This document shows positions 35,127 through 46,070 of a DNA stretch of 64,000 nt, piece by piece (within the stretch, counting starts at the first letter, position 1; every line of letters begins with the position of its first letter). The position numbers and the translations under genes were made by a program. The notes under the pieces are model-generated. The model was not told the origin of the DNA, searched no databases, and saw only the letters and a program-made list of their open reading frames with translations. Source of the DNA: an uncultured Bacteroidales bacterium (GTDB lineage: Bacteria; Bacteroidota; Bacteroidia; Bacteroidales; Paludibacteraceae); the NCBI GenBank assembly GCA_946544705.1, contig CAMNMN010000011.1:2408-66407 (forward strand), read 5' to 3'.

Positions 35127-37914
35127 CGTATTGCTGCTATGTGCAGCGACTATGGTGTCTGCCCAAGAGGCACCGGAGAAACTGCCGATGGACCCGGAGG
35201 TTCGTTACGGCAAGTTGGAAAACGGACTGACCTATTATATCCGTCATAACGAGCAGCCCAAACAACGTGCGGAGTTCCATATCGCGCAGGCTGTAGGTGC
35301 TATCCTGGAAGAGGATCATCAGAACGGTCTGGCGCATTTTTTGGAGCATATGGCGTTCAACGGCACCCAGCATTTTCCGGGCAAGGGTATCATCAATTAT
35401 TTTGAGTCGGTAGGTGTCAATTTCGGCGGAAATATCAATGCCTACACTTCGATCGACGAGACCGTTTACCGTCTGTCGGATGTGCCTACTTACCGCGAGG
35501 GTATAGTGGACAGCGCGTTGCTGGTGATGCATGACTGGAGTTGCGGCTTGCTGCTTTTGCCGGAAGAGATAGACGCCGAGCGCGGTGTCATCCTCGAGGA
35601 GTGGCGCACCGGTCGTACGGCCCGTCGTCGCATATGGAAAGAGATGAACGCGAAGATGTACCCCGGTACGCAATATGCCAAACGCGACGTGATCGGAGAC
35701 ACTGCCGTTATCAATAATTTCGCCTATCAGGCATTGCGCGACTACTATCACAAATGGTACGGTCCGGACAACCAGGCAATTATTGTGGTAGGCGACATCA
35801 ATGTGGATACGATAGAGGCGAAGATCAAAGCCCTGTGGGCGGATGTTCCCCGTCGCGCCAACTATGGCGAACGTCCTATTTATACCGTTAATCACAATGA
35901 CAAACCGCTGGTGGCTATTGTGACCGATCCGGAGGCGGAAGGCAGCCGCATAACGATGGAGTATAAGTTCGACGAACTGCCGGACGCATTGCAAAATACA
36001 GCGCAGGAATACATGTTAAACCTCGTGCGCGGATTAGTGTGCGATATGCTGGACAACCGTTTCACGGAGTTGGCTCTTGACCCGAAGGCGTCGTTCACAG
36101 GAGCGGGTTGCTATTACGGCTCGGTGGCAAAGAAGATGGATGCTTTCTACGGCGTTTCTATTCCGAAAGAAGGCCGCGAGACGGAGGCTTACAATGACTT
36201 GCTGTTCCAGCTCGAGAAGATGCATCGCTATGGCTTCACCCAGAGTGAACTGGACCGCGTTAAGACCGAGAAGCTGAACGCGATGGAGAAATACTACAAC
36301 GAGCGTAATACGCGTAAGAATATCACGCTGGCCCGCGAATGTATCCGTCATTTCGAGGATCAAGCGAGCATGCCCGGTGCCCAGTGGGAGTATGAGTTCG
36401 TGCAGGCTGTACTACCGATGGTCAGTTTGGAAACCGTCAATAATATCGCCAAATCGCTGATCCATGCTAATCCGACAGTGGCTATCTCCGGTCCGGCAAA
36501 AGAGGGTGTGAACATCCCGTCGGAAGAGACAGTACTGGCTTCACTCGCCGGTCAGAGTGAACTGGCTATCGAGGCTCCGGTAGAGGAAACAATTGATACC
36601 GAGTTGGTCAAGAAAGCGCCGCGCAAAGGTAAGATTAAATCATTCCGCTACAATGAGGATATAGAGACGACAGAGTGGATGCTTTCGAACGGTATCAAGG
36701 TAGTATTCCATCCGACTGAATACAAAGCGGATGAGATCCTGATGCAGGCCTTCTCGAAAGGCGGCTACAGCCAGGTGAAGACGGCAGACCTGCCTTCGGC
36801 ACAAGTGGCAACTTATGTGATAGAGATGTCCGGTATAGGTCGTTTCAATGCTACGGAGTTGCAGAAAGCGCTGGCCGGCAAAACGGTATCGGTAAGTCCT
36901 GAGATCTCCGAGAATGTAGAGCGGATGCAGGGTTCTTCTTCCGTCAAGGATCTGGAGACGATGCTGCAGCTGACGTATCTGTATTTCACCTCTCCACGTC
37001 GCGATGAGCAAGCCTATGAGACCTTGATGGGTCTTCTGAAAAACCAACTGGTCAACCGCGACAAGAATCCCAAGACGGCTTTCTCCGATTCAATCCAGGT
37101 GATGAGTTCTAATCATTCCGACCGTGCTCCGCTTTACAACATGGAGTTGCTGGAGAAAGTGACGTTGGACAAAGCGCTGGAGGTTTATCAGGCGCGTTTC
37201 GCCAATCCTGCGGATTTCACCTTTGTATTCGTAGGAAACATCGATCCGAAAGACCAGAAAGTGAAAGATTTGATTTGCCAGTGGCTCGGAGGGTTGAAAA
37301 CCAAAAAATGCCAGCATGAGGAAGTTATTGACCACCACGTGACGGTTGCATTGGGCCAGCAGAAGAACTATTTCACCCGTCAGATGGAGACCACAACGGC
37401 CTCGAACCGTATTCAATATACGTCCTATGACATGCCTTATACGATGGTCAACGACCTGAATATGGAGATGATCGGACGCATCCTCTCAACCCGCTATCTG
37501 GAGTCCATCCGCGAGCGCGAAGGAGGTTCGTACGGCGTAGGAACGTACGGCTATATGGTAGCTCTCCCGTCCCCGCGAGCCGGGTTGATCATGCAGTTTG
37601 ATACCGATCCCAAGAAACAGGCACGGCTGATGGAGATCATTCACGAAGAGGTAGATACGATCATAGCCAACGGTCCGCTCGCAACTGACCTGCAGAAAGA
37701 AAAAGAGTCGATGCTCAAGGATTATCAGGAGGATCTGGAGAAGAATACCTATTGGCGTCAGTCGCTCTATATGTACTATATGTACGGAGAAAACAATATC
37801 CGCGACTACAAGGCTGCGGTTGAGGCTATCACAGCCGAAACAGTACAGGCCACTCTCAAGGAACTGGTGAAAGCCGGTAATATGTTTGAGGTAGTCATGT
37901 TCCCCGAGAAATAA
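35101..37914 (+). CDS. M16-family (pitrilysin/insulinase-like) zinc peptidase, secreted
   Basis: Inverted zinc motif HFLEHMAFNG. Signal peptide [23 protein letters not shown] start at ATG 35101 (26-nt overlap with ftsH), not the track's 35062. Confidence 0.88.
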   Translation: MKNQKLLFSVLLLCAATMVSAQEAPEKLPMDPEVRYGKLENGLTYYIRHNEQPKQRAEFHIAQAVGAILEEDHQNGLAHFLEHMAFNGTQHFPGKGIINYFESVGVNFGGNINAYTSIDETVYRLSDVPTYREGIVDSALLVMHDWSCGLLLLPEEIDAERGVILEEWRTGRTARRRIWKEMNAKMYPGTQYAKRDVIGDTAVINNFAYQALRDYYHKWYGPDNQAIIVVGDINVDTIEAKIKALWADVPRRANYGERPIYTVNHNDKPLVAIVTDPEAEGSRITMEYKFDELPDALQNTAQEYMLNLVRGLVCDMLDNRFTELALDPKASFTGAGCYYGSVAKKMDAFYGVSIPKEGRETEAYNDLLFQLEKMHRYGFTQSELDRVKTEKLNAMEKYYNERNTRKNITLARECIRHFEDQASMPGAQWEYEFVQAVLPMVSLETVNNIAKSLIHANPTVAISGPAKEGVNIPSEETVLASLAGQSELAIEAPVEETIDTELVKKAPRKGKIKSFRYNEDIETTEWMLSNGIKVVFHPTEYKADEILMQAFSKGGYSQVKTADLPSAQVATYVIEMSGIGRFNATELQKALAGKTVSVSPEISENVERMQGSSSVKDLETMLQLTYLYFTSPRRDEQAYETLMGLLKNQLVNRDKNPKTAFSDSIQVMSSNHSDRAPLYNMELLEKVTLDKALEVYQARFANPADFTFVFVGNIDPKDQKVKDLICQWLGGLKTKKCQHEEVIDHHVTVALGQQKNYFTRQMETTTASNRIQYTSYDMPYTMVNDLNMEMIGRILSTRYLESIREREGGSYGVGTYGYMVALPSPRAGLIMQFDTDPKKQARLMEIIHEEVDTIIANGPLATDLQKEKESMLKDYQEDLEKNTYWRQSLYMYYMYGENNIRDYKAAVEAITAETVQATLKELVKAGNMFEVVMFPEK

Positions 37915-37915
37915 T

Positions 37916-38656
37916 ATGAATATAGTAGTAGTCAACGATGACGGCTGGGGTACGGCGGGTATCCGCTTGCTGGCCAAGGAGATGACACGTTTAGGCCAAG
38001 TGACGGTCATCTGTCCGGACGGTGCACGAAGCGGCAAGGCGGCTTCCATCAGTGTAGAGACACCGATGTACGTGCGGCGGATCGAGGAGCATGACCTCAA
38101 CGGAGCAGAAGTTTACGTGACGAACGGTACGCCGGCCGACTGCATCAAGATAGCCCGGGAATACCTCTTTCCCGAGATGCCGATAGATCTGGTGGTATCC
38201 GGCATCAATCATGGCTCCAACGCAGCGATCAATGCGATGTATTCCGGAACGATAGGTGCTTGTTTTGTAGCGGCAGAGAAGGGTATACCGGCTATCGGAT
38301 GGTCTATCGACAGCCATGCGATGGATGTAGATCTGCACTGGTTGCAGCCTTTTCTGGTGGATGTGACCCAGCATTTGCTGGAAGAAGGCATCGCTCCGCG
38401 GACCGTCTTTAATATCAATGCTCCGGTGGGCGAGATAGAAGGCATTCGGTGGACGAGGCAATGCGTCGGCCACTGGGCGAATGAGTTAGTGCCTCTGGCT
38501 GAACTGCCGGACGGCGTGCTGAAAGGATGGAAGTTAGGAGGTGAGTTTGTGAATGAAGAACCCTCTGCTACCGATACAGATATCTGGGCTATGCAGCACC
38601 AGTTGCTATCCATCACACCGCTTACTTTGGACTGGACTGACTATGGATCGCTTTGA
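37916..38656 (+). CDS. surE: 5'/3'-nucleotidase SurE
   Basis: N-terminal VVNDDGWGTAGI, GINHGSN and SGTIGA blocks. Confidence 0.9.
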   Translation: MNIVVVNDDGWGTAGIRLLAKEMTRLGQVTVICPDGARSGKAASISVETPMYVRRIEEHDLNGAEVYVTNGTPADCIKIAREYLFPEMPIDLVVSGINHGSNAAINAMYSGTIGACFVAAEKGIPAIGWSIDSHAMDVDLHWLQPFLVDVTQHLLEEGIAPRTVFNINAPVGEIEGIRWTRQCVGHWANELVPLAELPDGVLKGWKLGGEFVNEEPSATDTDIWAMQHQLLSITPLTLDWTDYGSL

Positions 38657-38921
38657 TCGATACTGGATAGGAATACTGATCGGGTTAGTGTTGCCGGCGG
38701 CTTTCGGGCTGACCTATATAGAGGTGATGAACCTCTGGTACCCGCTACAGACCTTGCAGTTTCAAGCGGGAGGCGTATTGAGCAAACTGCTGTTAGTCAG
38801 CGTATTCCCCGATCTGGCGCTAATCTTTGTCTTTTACACAACAGACACCTGGCGTCTCAGCAAAGGAGTGCTGGCGGGAGCTATGCCGTATATATTGGCG
38901 GCACTTATCGTCTCGATGTGA
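38643..38921 (+). CDS. Small membrane protein (3 predicted TM helices), unknown function
   Basis: Start chosen at MDRFDRYWIGILIGLVLPAAF. Overlaps the surE end by 14 nt. Hydrophobic throughout. Confidence 0.5.
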   Translation: MDRFDRYWIGILIGLVLPAAFGLTYIEVMNLWYPLQTLQFQAGGVLSKLLLVSVFPDLALIFVFYTTDTWRLSKGVLAGAMPYILAALIVSM

Positions 38922-40011
38922 TGATTTCGGCGGCAGTAGCCGAAGCGGGTTGAGTCCCCAGAAGAGAAGAGAGATGTTCGTACGAAGCGAGCATCTCTTT
39001 TTTGTAGGCTTCGTCGTTGAGCAGGCTGTTCAGTTCGGTCGCTATTTTGTCCGGCGTGAAGTCGTCTGCGATGCATTCTTTAATGACTTCCCGTCCTGCG
39101 ATAATATTGACGAGTGTGAAATGGCGGATGGAGAAAAGGAGCGGCTGTGCCCACCGACGGATGAACCCGATGAGTCGCGAGCAGGCCAGATGATAAACGG
39201 CTACTTGCGGGCATCCTAACAGAGCCGTTTCGAGTGTCGCTGTGCCGGAGTTGACAATAGCCGCAGAGGCGCACCGCACGGTTCGGTATGCCTCGCGCGC
39301 GAGCGTAACGCCTGCGTTTAAATAAGGTGTATAAAACTCATCCTCTATCCCGGGAGCTGCGCAAACAACTGTTTGGTATGCCGGAAATCTCCGCGCAGCC
39401 TCTATCATACGTGGCAGGCAGTGGGTGATTTCCGAAGGTCGAGAACCTGGAAGAATGGCGATGAGTTTTGAGTTCTCCGATGGAATAATGGTGGTATCAT
39501 GTCGTACGGCTTCCGCCGTCGGGTTTCCGACGTACGTGCAGCGATAGCCGTATTTAGCGTAGAAAGCGGGTTCAAATGGGAATATGCCTAATACCTCATC
39601 GCAAAGGCGGGCTATCCGGTGAATCCGTCTGCGTTTCCAGGCCCATACTTTAGGTGGGATATAATAGACGATTTTGGTGGCCGGCAAGTACTTGCGGCAG
39701 AAAGCAGCCATTCGGAGGTTGAAAGAAGGGTAGTCAATGAGTATCAACACGTCCGGCTGCTCAGCCATAATAGCCTTGCGGGCGATTCGGAAGTTCGCTT
39801 GTACGTCCCGCCAATGACTGATGACAGCAGCGATCCCCATAAAGGCCATATGGCGTATATGGCGGTACAGGTGACATCCGGCTGCAGCCATCTTGTCTCC
39901 GCCTAAACCGGCGAACACGGCTTGTTCGTCACGCTCGGCTATCTGCGCTATCAGCGCTGCAGCGTGCATGTCTCCGGACGCTTCGCCTGCTATGAGGAAA
40001 TACTTAGCCAC
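38905..40011 (-). CDS. lpxB: Lipid-A-disaccharide synthase
   Basis: N-terminal IAGEASGDMHAA and overall GT19 similarity; 368 aa. Confidence 0.9.
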   Translation of the reverse strand: MAKYFLIAGEASGDMHAAALIAQIAERDEQAVFAGLGGDKMAAAGCHLYRHIRHMAFMGIAAVISHWRDVQANFRIARKAIMAEQPDVLILIDYPSFNLRMAAFCRKYLPATKIVYYIPPKVWAWKRRRIHRIARLCDEVLGIFPFEPAFYAKYGYRCTYVGNPTAEAVRHDTTIIPSENSKLIAILPGSRPSEITHCLPRMIEAARRFPAYQTVVCAAPGIEDEFYTPYLNAGVTLAREAYRTVRCASAAIVNSGTATLETALLGCPQVAVYHLACSRLIGFIRRWAQPLLFSIRHFTLVNIIAGREVIKECIADDFTPDKIATELNSLLNDEAYKKEMLASYEHLSSLLGTQPASATAAEIITSRR

Positions 40012-41384
40012 TATGCTTTTACTACGTCTATCACTTGTTGCGCCAGCGCATTCGCCTCATCCATAGTAGCCGCCTCTGAATAGACACGGATGATAGGCTC
40101 GGTGTTGGATTTGCGCAGGTGAACCCATCCGTCTGCAAAATCAATCTTCACTCCGTCGCGGTCGTTGACACGTTCGTTTTGGTAGAGTGCTTTGACCTTG
40201 GCGAGAATAGCATCTACATCCGTCTCGGGTGTTAAGTCAATGCGGTTTTTGCTGATACAATAGTCAGGTAGAGTCCGGCGCAGTTCGCTTACTTTCATGT
40301 CCAGATGTGCCAGATGGCTTAGGAAGAGCGCAATACCAACGAGAGCGTCTCGACCGTAGTGGCATTCGGGATAGATCACGCCTCCGTTTCCTTCGCCGCC
40401 GATGACAGCTCCTACGCGTTTCATCTCTGCCACTACATTCACTTCGCCTACGGCGCTCGCACTATATTCTCCGCCATGCGCTTTCGTAACATCGCTTAGC
40501 GCGCGGGTGGAAGACATGTTGCTGACGGTATTGCCGGGTGTATGCTGTAGGATATAATCCGCCACGCTGACCAGTGTATATTCTTCACCGAACATCTCTC
40601 CGTTCTCGCAGATGATAGCCAGACGATCCACATCGGGATCCACAACAAACCCTACATCCGCTTTGCCGGACTTGAGCAGGTCGCTGATTTGAGTCAAGTG
40701 TTGCGGCAGCGGTTCGGGGTTGTGGGGGAAATGTCCGTCCGGCGTGCAGTTCAGTTCGATAATATCCTCTACACCCACAGCGCGCAGGATAGCCGGAATA
40801 GCCAGGCCTCCTACGGAGTTGACACAGTCAATAGCTACCGTGAAATGCCGTTTTCGGATGGCCTCTACATCCACCAGTTTCAATTTGAGAACTTGCTCTA
40901 CATGGTAGGGCAAATAGTCTTTGGTCGTCATATGCCCCAACTCATCTACTTCGGCGAAAGAGAAGTCTTCCGCCTCTGCAATAGCCAATACTCCCTTCCC
41001 TTCGGCGTCATTCAGGAACTCACCTTTTTCGTTCAGCAGTTTGAGCGCATTCCACTGTTTGGGGTTGTGGCTGGCGGTAAGGATGATACCTCCTGCGGCT
41101 TTTTCGCCGGTGACGGCGATTTCGGTAGTAGGGGTTGTAGCCAAACCGATATTCACTACATCATAGCCCATTCCCATGAGCGTACCGCATACAATCTGCT
41201 CTACCATATGACCGCTCAAGCGTGCATCGCGGCCTACCACAATCTTGTTGTTACCCGGCAGCGCAGCACGGCGTTGGGTGGCATAAGCAGCGGTGAAACG
41301 AACGATATCCACCGGGTTCAATCCTTCTCCTACGCGTCCTCCGATAGTCCCGCGGATACCGGAAATACTTTTAACCAGACTCAT
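40011..41384 (-). CDS. glmM: Phosphoglucosamine mutase (alpha-D-phosphohexomutase family)
   Basis: SISGIRGTIGG N-terminus, active-site TASHNP, metal loop DPDVDR. Confidence 0.88.
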   Translation of the reverse strand: MSLVKSISGIRGTIGGRVGEGLNPVDIVRFTAAYATQRRAALPGNNKIVVGRDARLSGHMVEQIVCGTLMGMGYDVVNIGLATTPTTEIAVTGEKAAGGIILTASHNPKQWNALKLLNEKGEFLNDAEGKGVLAIAEAEDFSFAEVDELGHMTTKDYLPYHVEQVLKLKLVDVEAIRKRHFTVAIDCVNSVGGLAIPAILRAVGVEDIIELNCTPDGHFPHNPEPLPQHLTQISDLLKSGKADVGFVVDPDVDRLAIICENGEMFGEEYTLVSVADYILQHTPGNTVSNMSSTRALSDVTKAHGGEYSASAVGEVNVVAEMKRVGAVIGGEGNGGVIYPECHYGRDALVGIALFLSHLAHLDMKVSELRRTLPDYCISKNRIDLTPETDVDAILAKVKALYQNERVNDRDGVKIDFADGWVHLRKSNTEPIIRVYSEAATMDEANALAQQVIDVVKA

Positions 41385-41385
41385 A

Positions 41386-41964
41386 TTATTGTTTTACTTT
41401 GATTTTCAAGATATATACATAGGGTGTTACAGACGACTGTTCGGCAGAAAAGCCCAACTTGCTGGGTACAATAATCTCGCATTGCGACTCCGGGTATTTC
41501 ATCAGCCGAATAGCCAAGTGCCATGCCGTTGCTTCGCACTCGCTTAAATTCATATAATGAAACTCGTACGGAAAGGCTTGATCCAATGTCGTCCAATAAC
41601 TGACAGTATCGGCGTTTTCTGTTAGCCCGAACCGTTTGTATCGCGCTACGATCAGGTCGTTCGCTATGATTTTTTGGTCGATGGTGTCTATGCGCGATGC
41701 GCTGACAGTGTCGTAGCGAACGGAGTCGCCGCGGGAAATCAGGTGGAAATAGCAATTGTCCACTCCTGTGATCTTGTAGAATTCTTTCTCGCCCCACACG
41801 TGATCACTACTCGGCTCTTCTTTGACAATTTGCAGGTTATTGCGACTGATATAGTTAGCTATCAGTCTGTCTTCTTGATCCCGCAGCCTTGAATACGTAT
41901 TACTGCTGCATCCGCTTGCCAGGAAGGCCATGCCTATGAGGCCTATTAAAAAAATTTTTTTCAT
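41386..41964 (-). CDS. Lipoprotein of unknown function
   Basis: Start chosen at MKKIFLIGLIGMAFLASGC (ATG 41964) rather than the track's 42081. Confidence 0.6.
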   Translation of the reverse strand: MKKIFLIGLIGMAFLASGCSSNTYSRLRDQEDRLIANYISRNNLQIVKEEPSSDHVWGEKEFYKITGVDNCYFHLISRGDSVRYDTVSASRIDTIDQKIIANDLIVARYKRFGLTENADTVSYWTTLDQAFPYEFHYMNLSECEATAWHLAIRLMKYPESQCEIIVPSKLGFSAEQSSVTPYVYILKIKVKQ

Positions 41965-42485
41965 TATTTCAGTTCTAACTCTATAATTACATTTTCGTAG
42001 GGAGGAATTTTGTCCGTTCCCTGCATGCCATACGCGGTGTACCATGGTACATACATCCTTACTCGGCAACCTTGGTGCCATTCTTTGATATGTACGTCTA
42101 CGGCCAGCGGCAGTTCGTGTTTGCCGATACGGTAGGTGCCTTCAATATCCTCGAGCAGTTGTTCCTCCAAGTTGAATATCCGCATGTGCACCACCCATTC
42201 GTCATCCACCTTTGGAGTCGGGCTGTCTATATCTCCTCTCTCCAAGATAGTAACCCATATGTTACCTTCGTATAAAGCATAAGGCTCCTTTTGTTCCAAT
42301 GCCTTTTGCATCAGCATTTTGTCGGCAGCTTCCGCCAATTCCTTATTCAGTTGCATTAGGGCCAATGCAGCGCTATCGACCTGAGGAGTCTCTCCTTTTC
42401 GTTGGCTTGGGCGTTGCGGGGCTTGATGGCTACAACCGGCTGTTATCAGTACCGCGCAGAGCCATATGAACCATTTTTTACTCAC
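41964..42485 (-). CDS. FKBP-like lipoprotein (putative peptidyl-prolyl isomerase fold)
   Basis: Lipoprotein signal LCAVLITAGC. The C-terminal block VRMYVPWYTAYGMQGTDKIPPYENVIIELEL resembles the FKBP C-terminus (P..AYG......IP.n..l.f.veL). Confidence 0.5.
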   Translation of the reverse strand: MSKKWFIWLCAVLITAGCSHQAPQRPSQRKGETPQVDSAALALMQLNKELAEAADKMLMQKALEQKEPYALYEGNIWVTILERGDIDSPTPKVDDEWVVHMRIFNLEEQLLEDIEGTYRIGKHELPLAVDVHIKEWHQGCRVRMYVPWYTAYGMQGTDKIPPYENVIIELELK

Positions 42486-45400
42486 TGTTACCTTTCCTTT
42501 CTAATGCAGCGCGGCGATATTCGCTTGGTGTAATACCGTAGGTGTTCTTGAAGCATTTAGCGAAATAGCGGCTATCGTTCATGCCTACCATATAGGTCAC
42601 CTCTGTGATATTATATTGCCGCTCTTCCAATAATTGTGCGGCGCGTTTGATACGCATTTCGCGGATGAACTCTACCGGACTGAGACCTGTCAGACTCTTC
42701 AGTTTGTTGAAGAATACGGTTCGTCCCATGCCCATCTCTTCCACCAGTTCGTCAACTGTCAGGGTGTTATTGTCCATCTGCTTTTCCATCACATCCAGCA
42801 GTTTGGCCAGGAAGGCATCGCCCGGAATAGGCTCGTCTGCCTTCTGCGGCTCTAATCGCATTAAGCGCTGACGATAACTCTGCTCCAGCTGATCGCGTTG
42901 CACCAAAATATTATGCACTCTCGCCCGTAAATATTCGGGTTCAAATGGTTTTGTGACGTAGTCATCCGCTCCGAAGTCCAATGCTTGCAACCGGCTCTCG
43001 ATGGCGGTCTTGGCGGTCAGCAGAATGACAGGGATAAAATCAAAATCCCTGTTCTGTTTGATCCATTGCGTCAACTGCAGACCATCAATCTTCGGCATCA
43101 TCAGATCGGTCACAACCAGATCTATCTGTTTGGTACGGATGATCTCTTCTGCCTCCTCTCCGTCCGCTGCAGACTCGATATGATAATCATGGCTCAATAT
43201 CTTGGTCAGGAAATTGCGCATGTCCGTATTGTCGTCCACTACCAGTATAGTCCGAGGCATGTCTTGTTGCTCTTGCTCCAACTGCTCCATTTTGTCTTCG
43301 AAGGTAGGCGCAACAGCAGCTTGAGCCGAAGAGATATCATCGGCAATAAACTCTACACTCTCGTCAAAATGCTCCTTCCCGGTATGGAGTAGGATAGTGA
43401 TCTTGGTACCTTTCCCTACCTCGCTCTCTACCTCTATATAGCCATGATGCAAGTCCACTAATTCTTTGGTAAGGTTCATTCCGATACCTGTGCCTGTGAT
43501 GCCGGAATTATTCAGTTCGTTATTGCTGGAGAATCGCTCAAAGAGCACGTTTCGTTTCTCGGGCGCGATGCCTACTCCTTCGTCTTCTACCGCCAGCGTC
43601 ACGAATCCCGGTTTGGAATCAATGATGACTCGGATGGATTTACCGGCCGGAGTGAATTTGAATGCATTACTCAGCAGATTCCACAAGACGGTATCCATAC
43701 GCTCGCGGTCCACCCAGACGGTCGAATCCTCCGTCCGGTTTTCAATCTCAAAATGGATATGTTTCTCGTAGGCTTCTTTGCGGAAATTGGCGCTGGTCTC
43801 TTCTACCAAACTGCTCAGCATCGTCTGCTGCAGTTTCAGTTTCATCTTCTGGTTCTGTACCTTGCGGAATTCCAGCAGTTGGTTTACCATCCGCAGCATT
43901 CGTTGGCCATTACTCTGTACAATCTCCAACTGGCTGCGCACACTTTGGCTGATGCGCTCGTTCTGAAGGATGTTTTCAATAGGTGCGACGATCAGAGTCA
44001 GCGGAGTACGTAACTCGTGGCTGATATTGGTGAAGAACCGGAGTTTGATATCCGTCACTTGTTGCTCCACTATTACTTTTTGTCTCAGTCCGTTATACAC
44101 CGATACCGCATAAGCTACAAGTCCGATAAATAATATAATTCCTATGATGTATAACAGGATAGCCCACCATGACAGCCATTCGGGGGTCTTCACATGAATT
44201 ACCAATTGTTGCTCATTCTCTACCTCGATTCCTTCCCTATTGGTAGAACGGACATGAAAGACATAAGTGCCGTGATGCAGGTTGTTGTACGTCACATGTC
44301 GTATATCTTGCGCTTGTCGCCATTCTTTGTCAATGCCGTCCATCTTGTAATAATATACTATCTGGCTGGCACCTACAAAGTCCATAGCTGAATATTCGAT
44401 CTCAATATTGCTCTTATGGGGAATAGAAATCGTATCATCATAGAGTAGCGAGTCGGCTACTTCTATCCTGGTGATTCGCAGCGGAGGAACAGATTCGGAC
44501 CGATGGATTCGGCTGGGATCAAAAGAACAATAGCCGTTCGAGTAACCAAATAAAATCTGTCCGTCGGGAATGAGCAACGCTTCCGCTTCCGTGAAATAGA
44601 TATTTGCTTCTCCGTCCAATGCATCGTAATAGTAGAGGTCGCCTGTCTCCAAGTTCAGCTGGGTGATATTACTCTCCGAGGTAAACCAAAGGTTCTCTTT
44701 GTCACATGTCATACTGAGGATAATATCCTGGTAGGTCTCTACATGTGTAATCTCATGCGTCGTCTCTTTGGGATCCAGCGTCAGCAATCCGCCGCCGAAG
44801 GAGCCGAGCCACAGCCGCCCGTGGCTGTAACATAGCGCGCGAATATCATAGCTGGGAATAACGGTGCATTCCATATTCTGCAGATTGACCTTTAGAATAC
44901 CGGTTGTGGTACCGCACCATAGGCAATCGTCTACCATCTCGATATCACGCACTTTCATGCCGTTGCCTACCACTTGAGGCGCACTCCATCGATGGCCTTC
45001 ATGCCGCAGGATATTCACTCCTCCGCCGTATGTGGCGATATACAATGTGCTGTCTTCGCCTTCTTCGATATCATAGATATCGGGATGAGTTGTCGGGATC
45101 CGTTGCCCTTTCGCGCTGAGCAGACCTTTGCCTTTCGTGCCGTACAGCATTCCGAACGAACTCTCTAAAGCGCAATAGACGTTCGTCTCGGATTTAATCA
45201 TCTTGAGCACTTCTCCCTGATGCGTAATAGCAAATGCACGTACTTCGCCATTGTCATTCGGGCTGCGTCGCATGTCGTGCAGTTGGTAAGGAGTAGGTTC
45301 CATGTTGATGCAATCAACACCGCCGTCGTAGGTGGATATCCACATCAACCCGTCACGGTCAACGTAGGCGGTGTGGATCATGTTGGTCAACCCTTCTATC

Positions 45401-46038
45401 GGATAGACCAGTTCGTCTTTCTCGTAGTCATAGTAGCTCCATCCTCCGCCTGTCGGGTTTACCCACGTGCGTCCCTGCGCATCTTCCAGTAAGAAGAAAT
45501 GCTGCCTCAGCAATCCCGCGTAGCGGCTGTCCAATGGAGGAGTGAAGCGCTTCCATTGGCCGAAGCGGTAACGTAATATACCGTATTGGTCATCTGATTG
45601 CCATATCACGCCGCGGGAGTCCACTTTGGTGTGCTGCTCCGCATCGCTTATCTTTACCAGCATTCCCTCCGGCAGACTGTCGTATGGCTCCTCTATCGTT
45701 TCTTTGCGCGAAGCATCCAGACGATAGTAATGACCATCATAGGTAGCCCACCAAATCCGCTCTTGCTCATCCTCATAAATCATGTCCACGCGGTTGTTTA
45801 CCTGTGCTTCCTGGCCATTATGCATCGCTTTGAAGGTAACGAACTCATATCCGTCAAACCGGTTAAGGCCGTCCCATGTGCCAAACCACATGAAACCTTG
45901 CTTGTCCTGCATGATGGCCATCACAGTATTCTGGCTCATGCCGTCCTTGATGGAGTAATGCTGAACCACATAATGCTCATTCGCGCTGAGGCTTAGGGCG
46001 CATATTAGCACGCAGAGCGAAAGAATGAAACGCTTCAT
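42478..46038 (-). CDS. Hybrid two-component system regulator (periplasmic beta-propeller/Y_Y_Y sensor, HisKA, HATPase, REC, AraC HTH)
   Basis: H-box FTNISHELRTPLTLI, G-box GTGIGMNLTKELVDLHHG, receiver ILVVDDNTDM..DLVVTDLMMPKIDG, C-terminal AraC HTH. Confidence 0.93.
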   Translation of the reverse strand: MKRFILSLCVLICALSLSANEHYVVQHYSIKDGMSQNTVMAIMQDKQGFMWFGTWDGLNRFDGYEFVTFKAMHNGQEAQVNNRVDMIYEDEQERIWWATYDGHYYRLDASRKETIEEPYDSLPEGMLVKISDAEQHTKVDSRGVIWQSDDQYGILRYRFGQWKRFTPPLDSRYAGLLRQHFFLLEDAQGRTWVNPTGGGWSYYDYEKDELVYPIEGLTNMIHTAYVDRDGLMWISTYDGGVDCINMEPTPYQLHDMRRSPNDNGEVRAFAITHQGEVLKMIKSETNVYCALESSFGMLYGTKGKGLLSAKGQRIPTTHPDIYDIEEGEDSTLYIATYGGGVNILRHEGHRWSAPQVVGNGMKVRDIEMVDDCLWCGTTTGILKVNLQNMECTVIPSYDIRALCYSHGRLWLGSFGGGLLTLDPKETTHEITHVETYQDIILSMTCDKENLWFTSESNITQLNLETGDLYYYDALDGEANIYFTEAEALLIPDGQILFGYSNGYCSFDPSRIHRSESVPPLRITRIEVADSLLYDDTISIPHKSNIEIEYSAMDFVGASQIVYYYKMDGIDKEWRQAQDIRHVTYNNLHHGTYVFHVRSTNREGIEVENEQQLVIHVKTPEWLSWWAILLYIIGIILFIGLVAYAVSVYNGLRQKVIVEQQVTDIKLRFFTNISHELRTPLTLIVAPIENILQNERISQSVRSQLEIVQSNGQRMLRMVNQLLEFRKVQNQKMKLKLQQTMLSSLVEETSANFRKEAYEKHIHFEIENRTEDSTVWVDRERMDTVLWNLLSNAFKFTPAGKSIRVIIDSKPGFVTLAVEDEGVGIAPEKRNVLFERFSSNNELNNSGITGTGIGMNLTKELVDLHHGYIEVESEVGKGTKITILLHTGKEHFDESVEFIADDISSAQAAVAPTFEDKMEQLEQEQQDMPRTILVVDDNTDMRNFLTKILSHDYHIESAADGEEAEEIIRTKQIDLVVTDLMMPKIDGLQLTQWIKQNRDFDFIPVILLTAKTAIESRLQALDFGADDYVTKPFEPEYLRARVHNILVQRDQLEQSYRQRLMRLEPQKADEPIPGDAFLAKLLDVMEKQMDNNTLTVDELVEEMGMGRTVFFNKLKSLTGLSPVEFIREMRIKRAAQLLEERQYNITEVTYMVGMNDSRYFAKCFKNTYGITPSEYRRAALERKGNSE

Positions 46039-46070
46039 CGTTGTTATCTTTTGTCTGTTCCTTTTTTGAC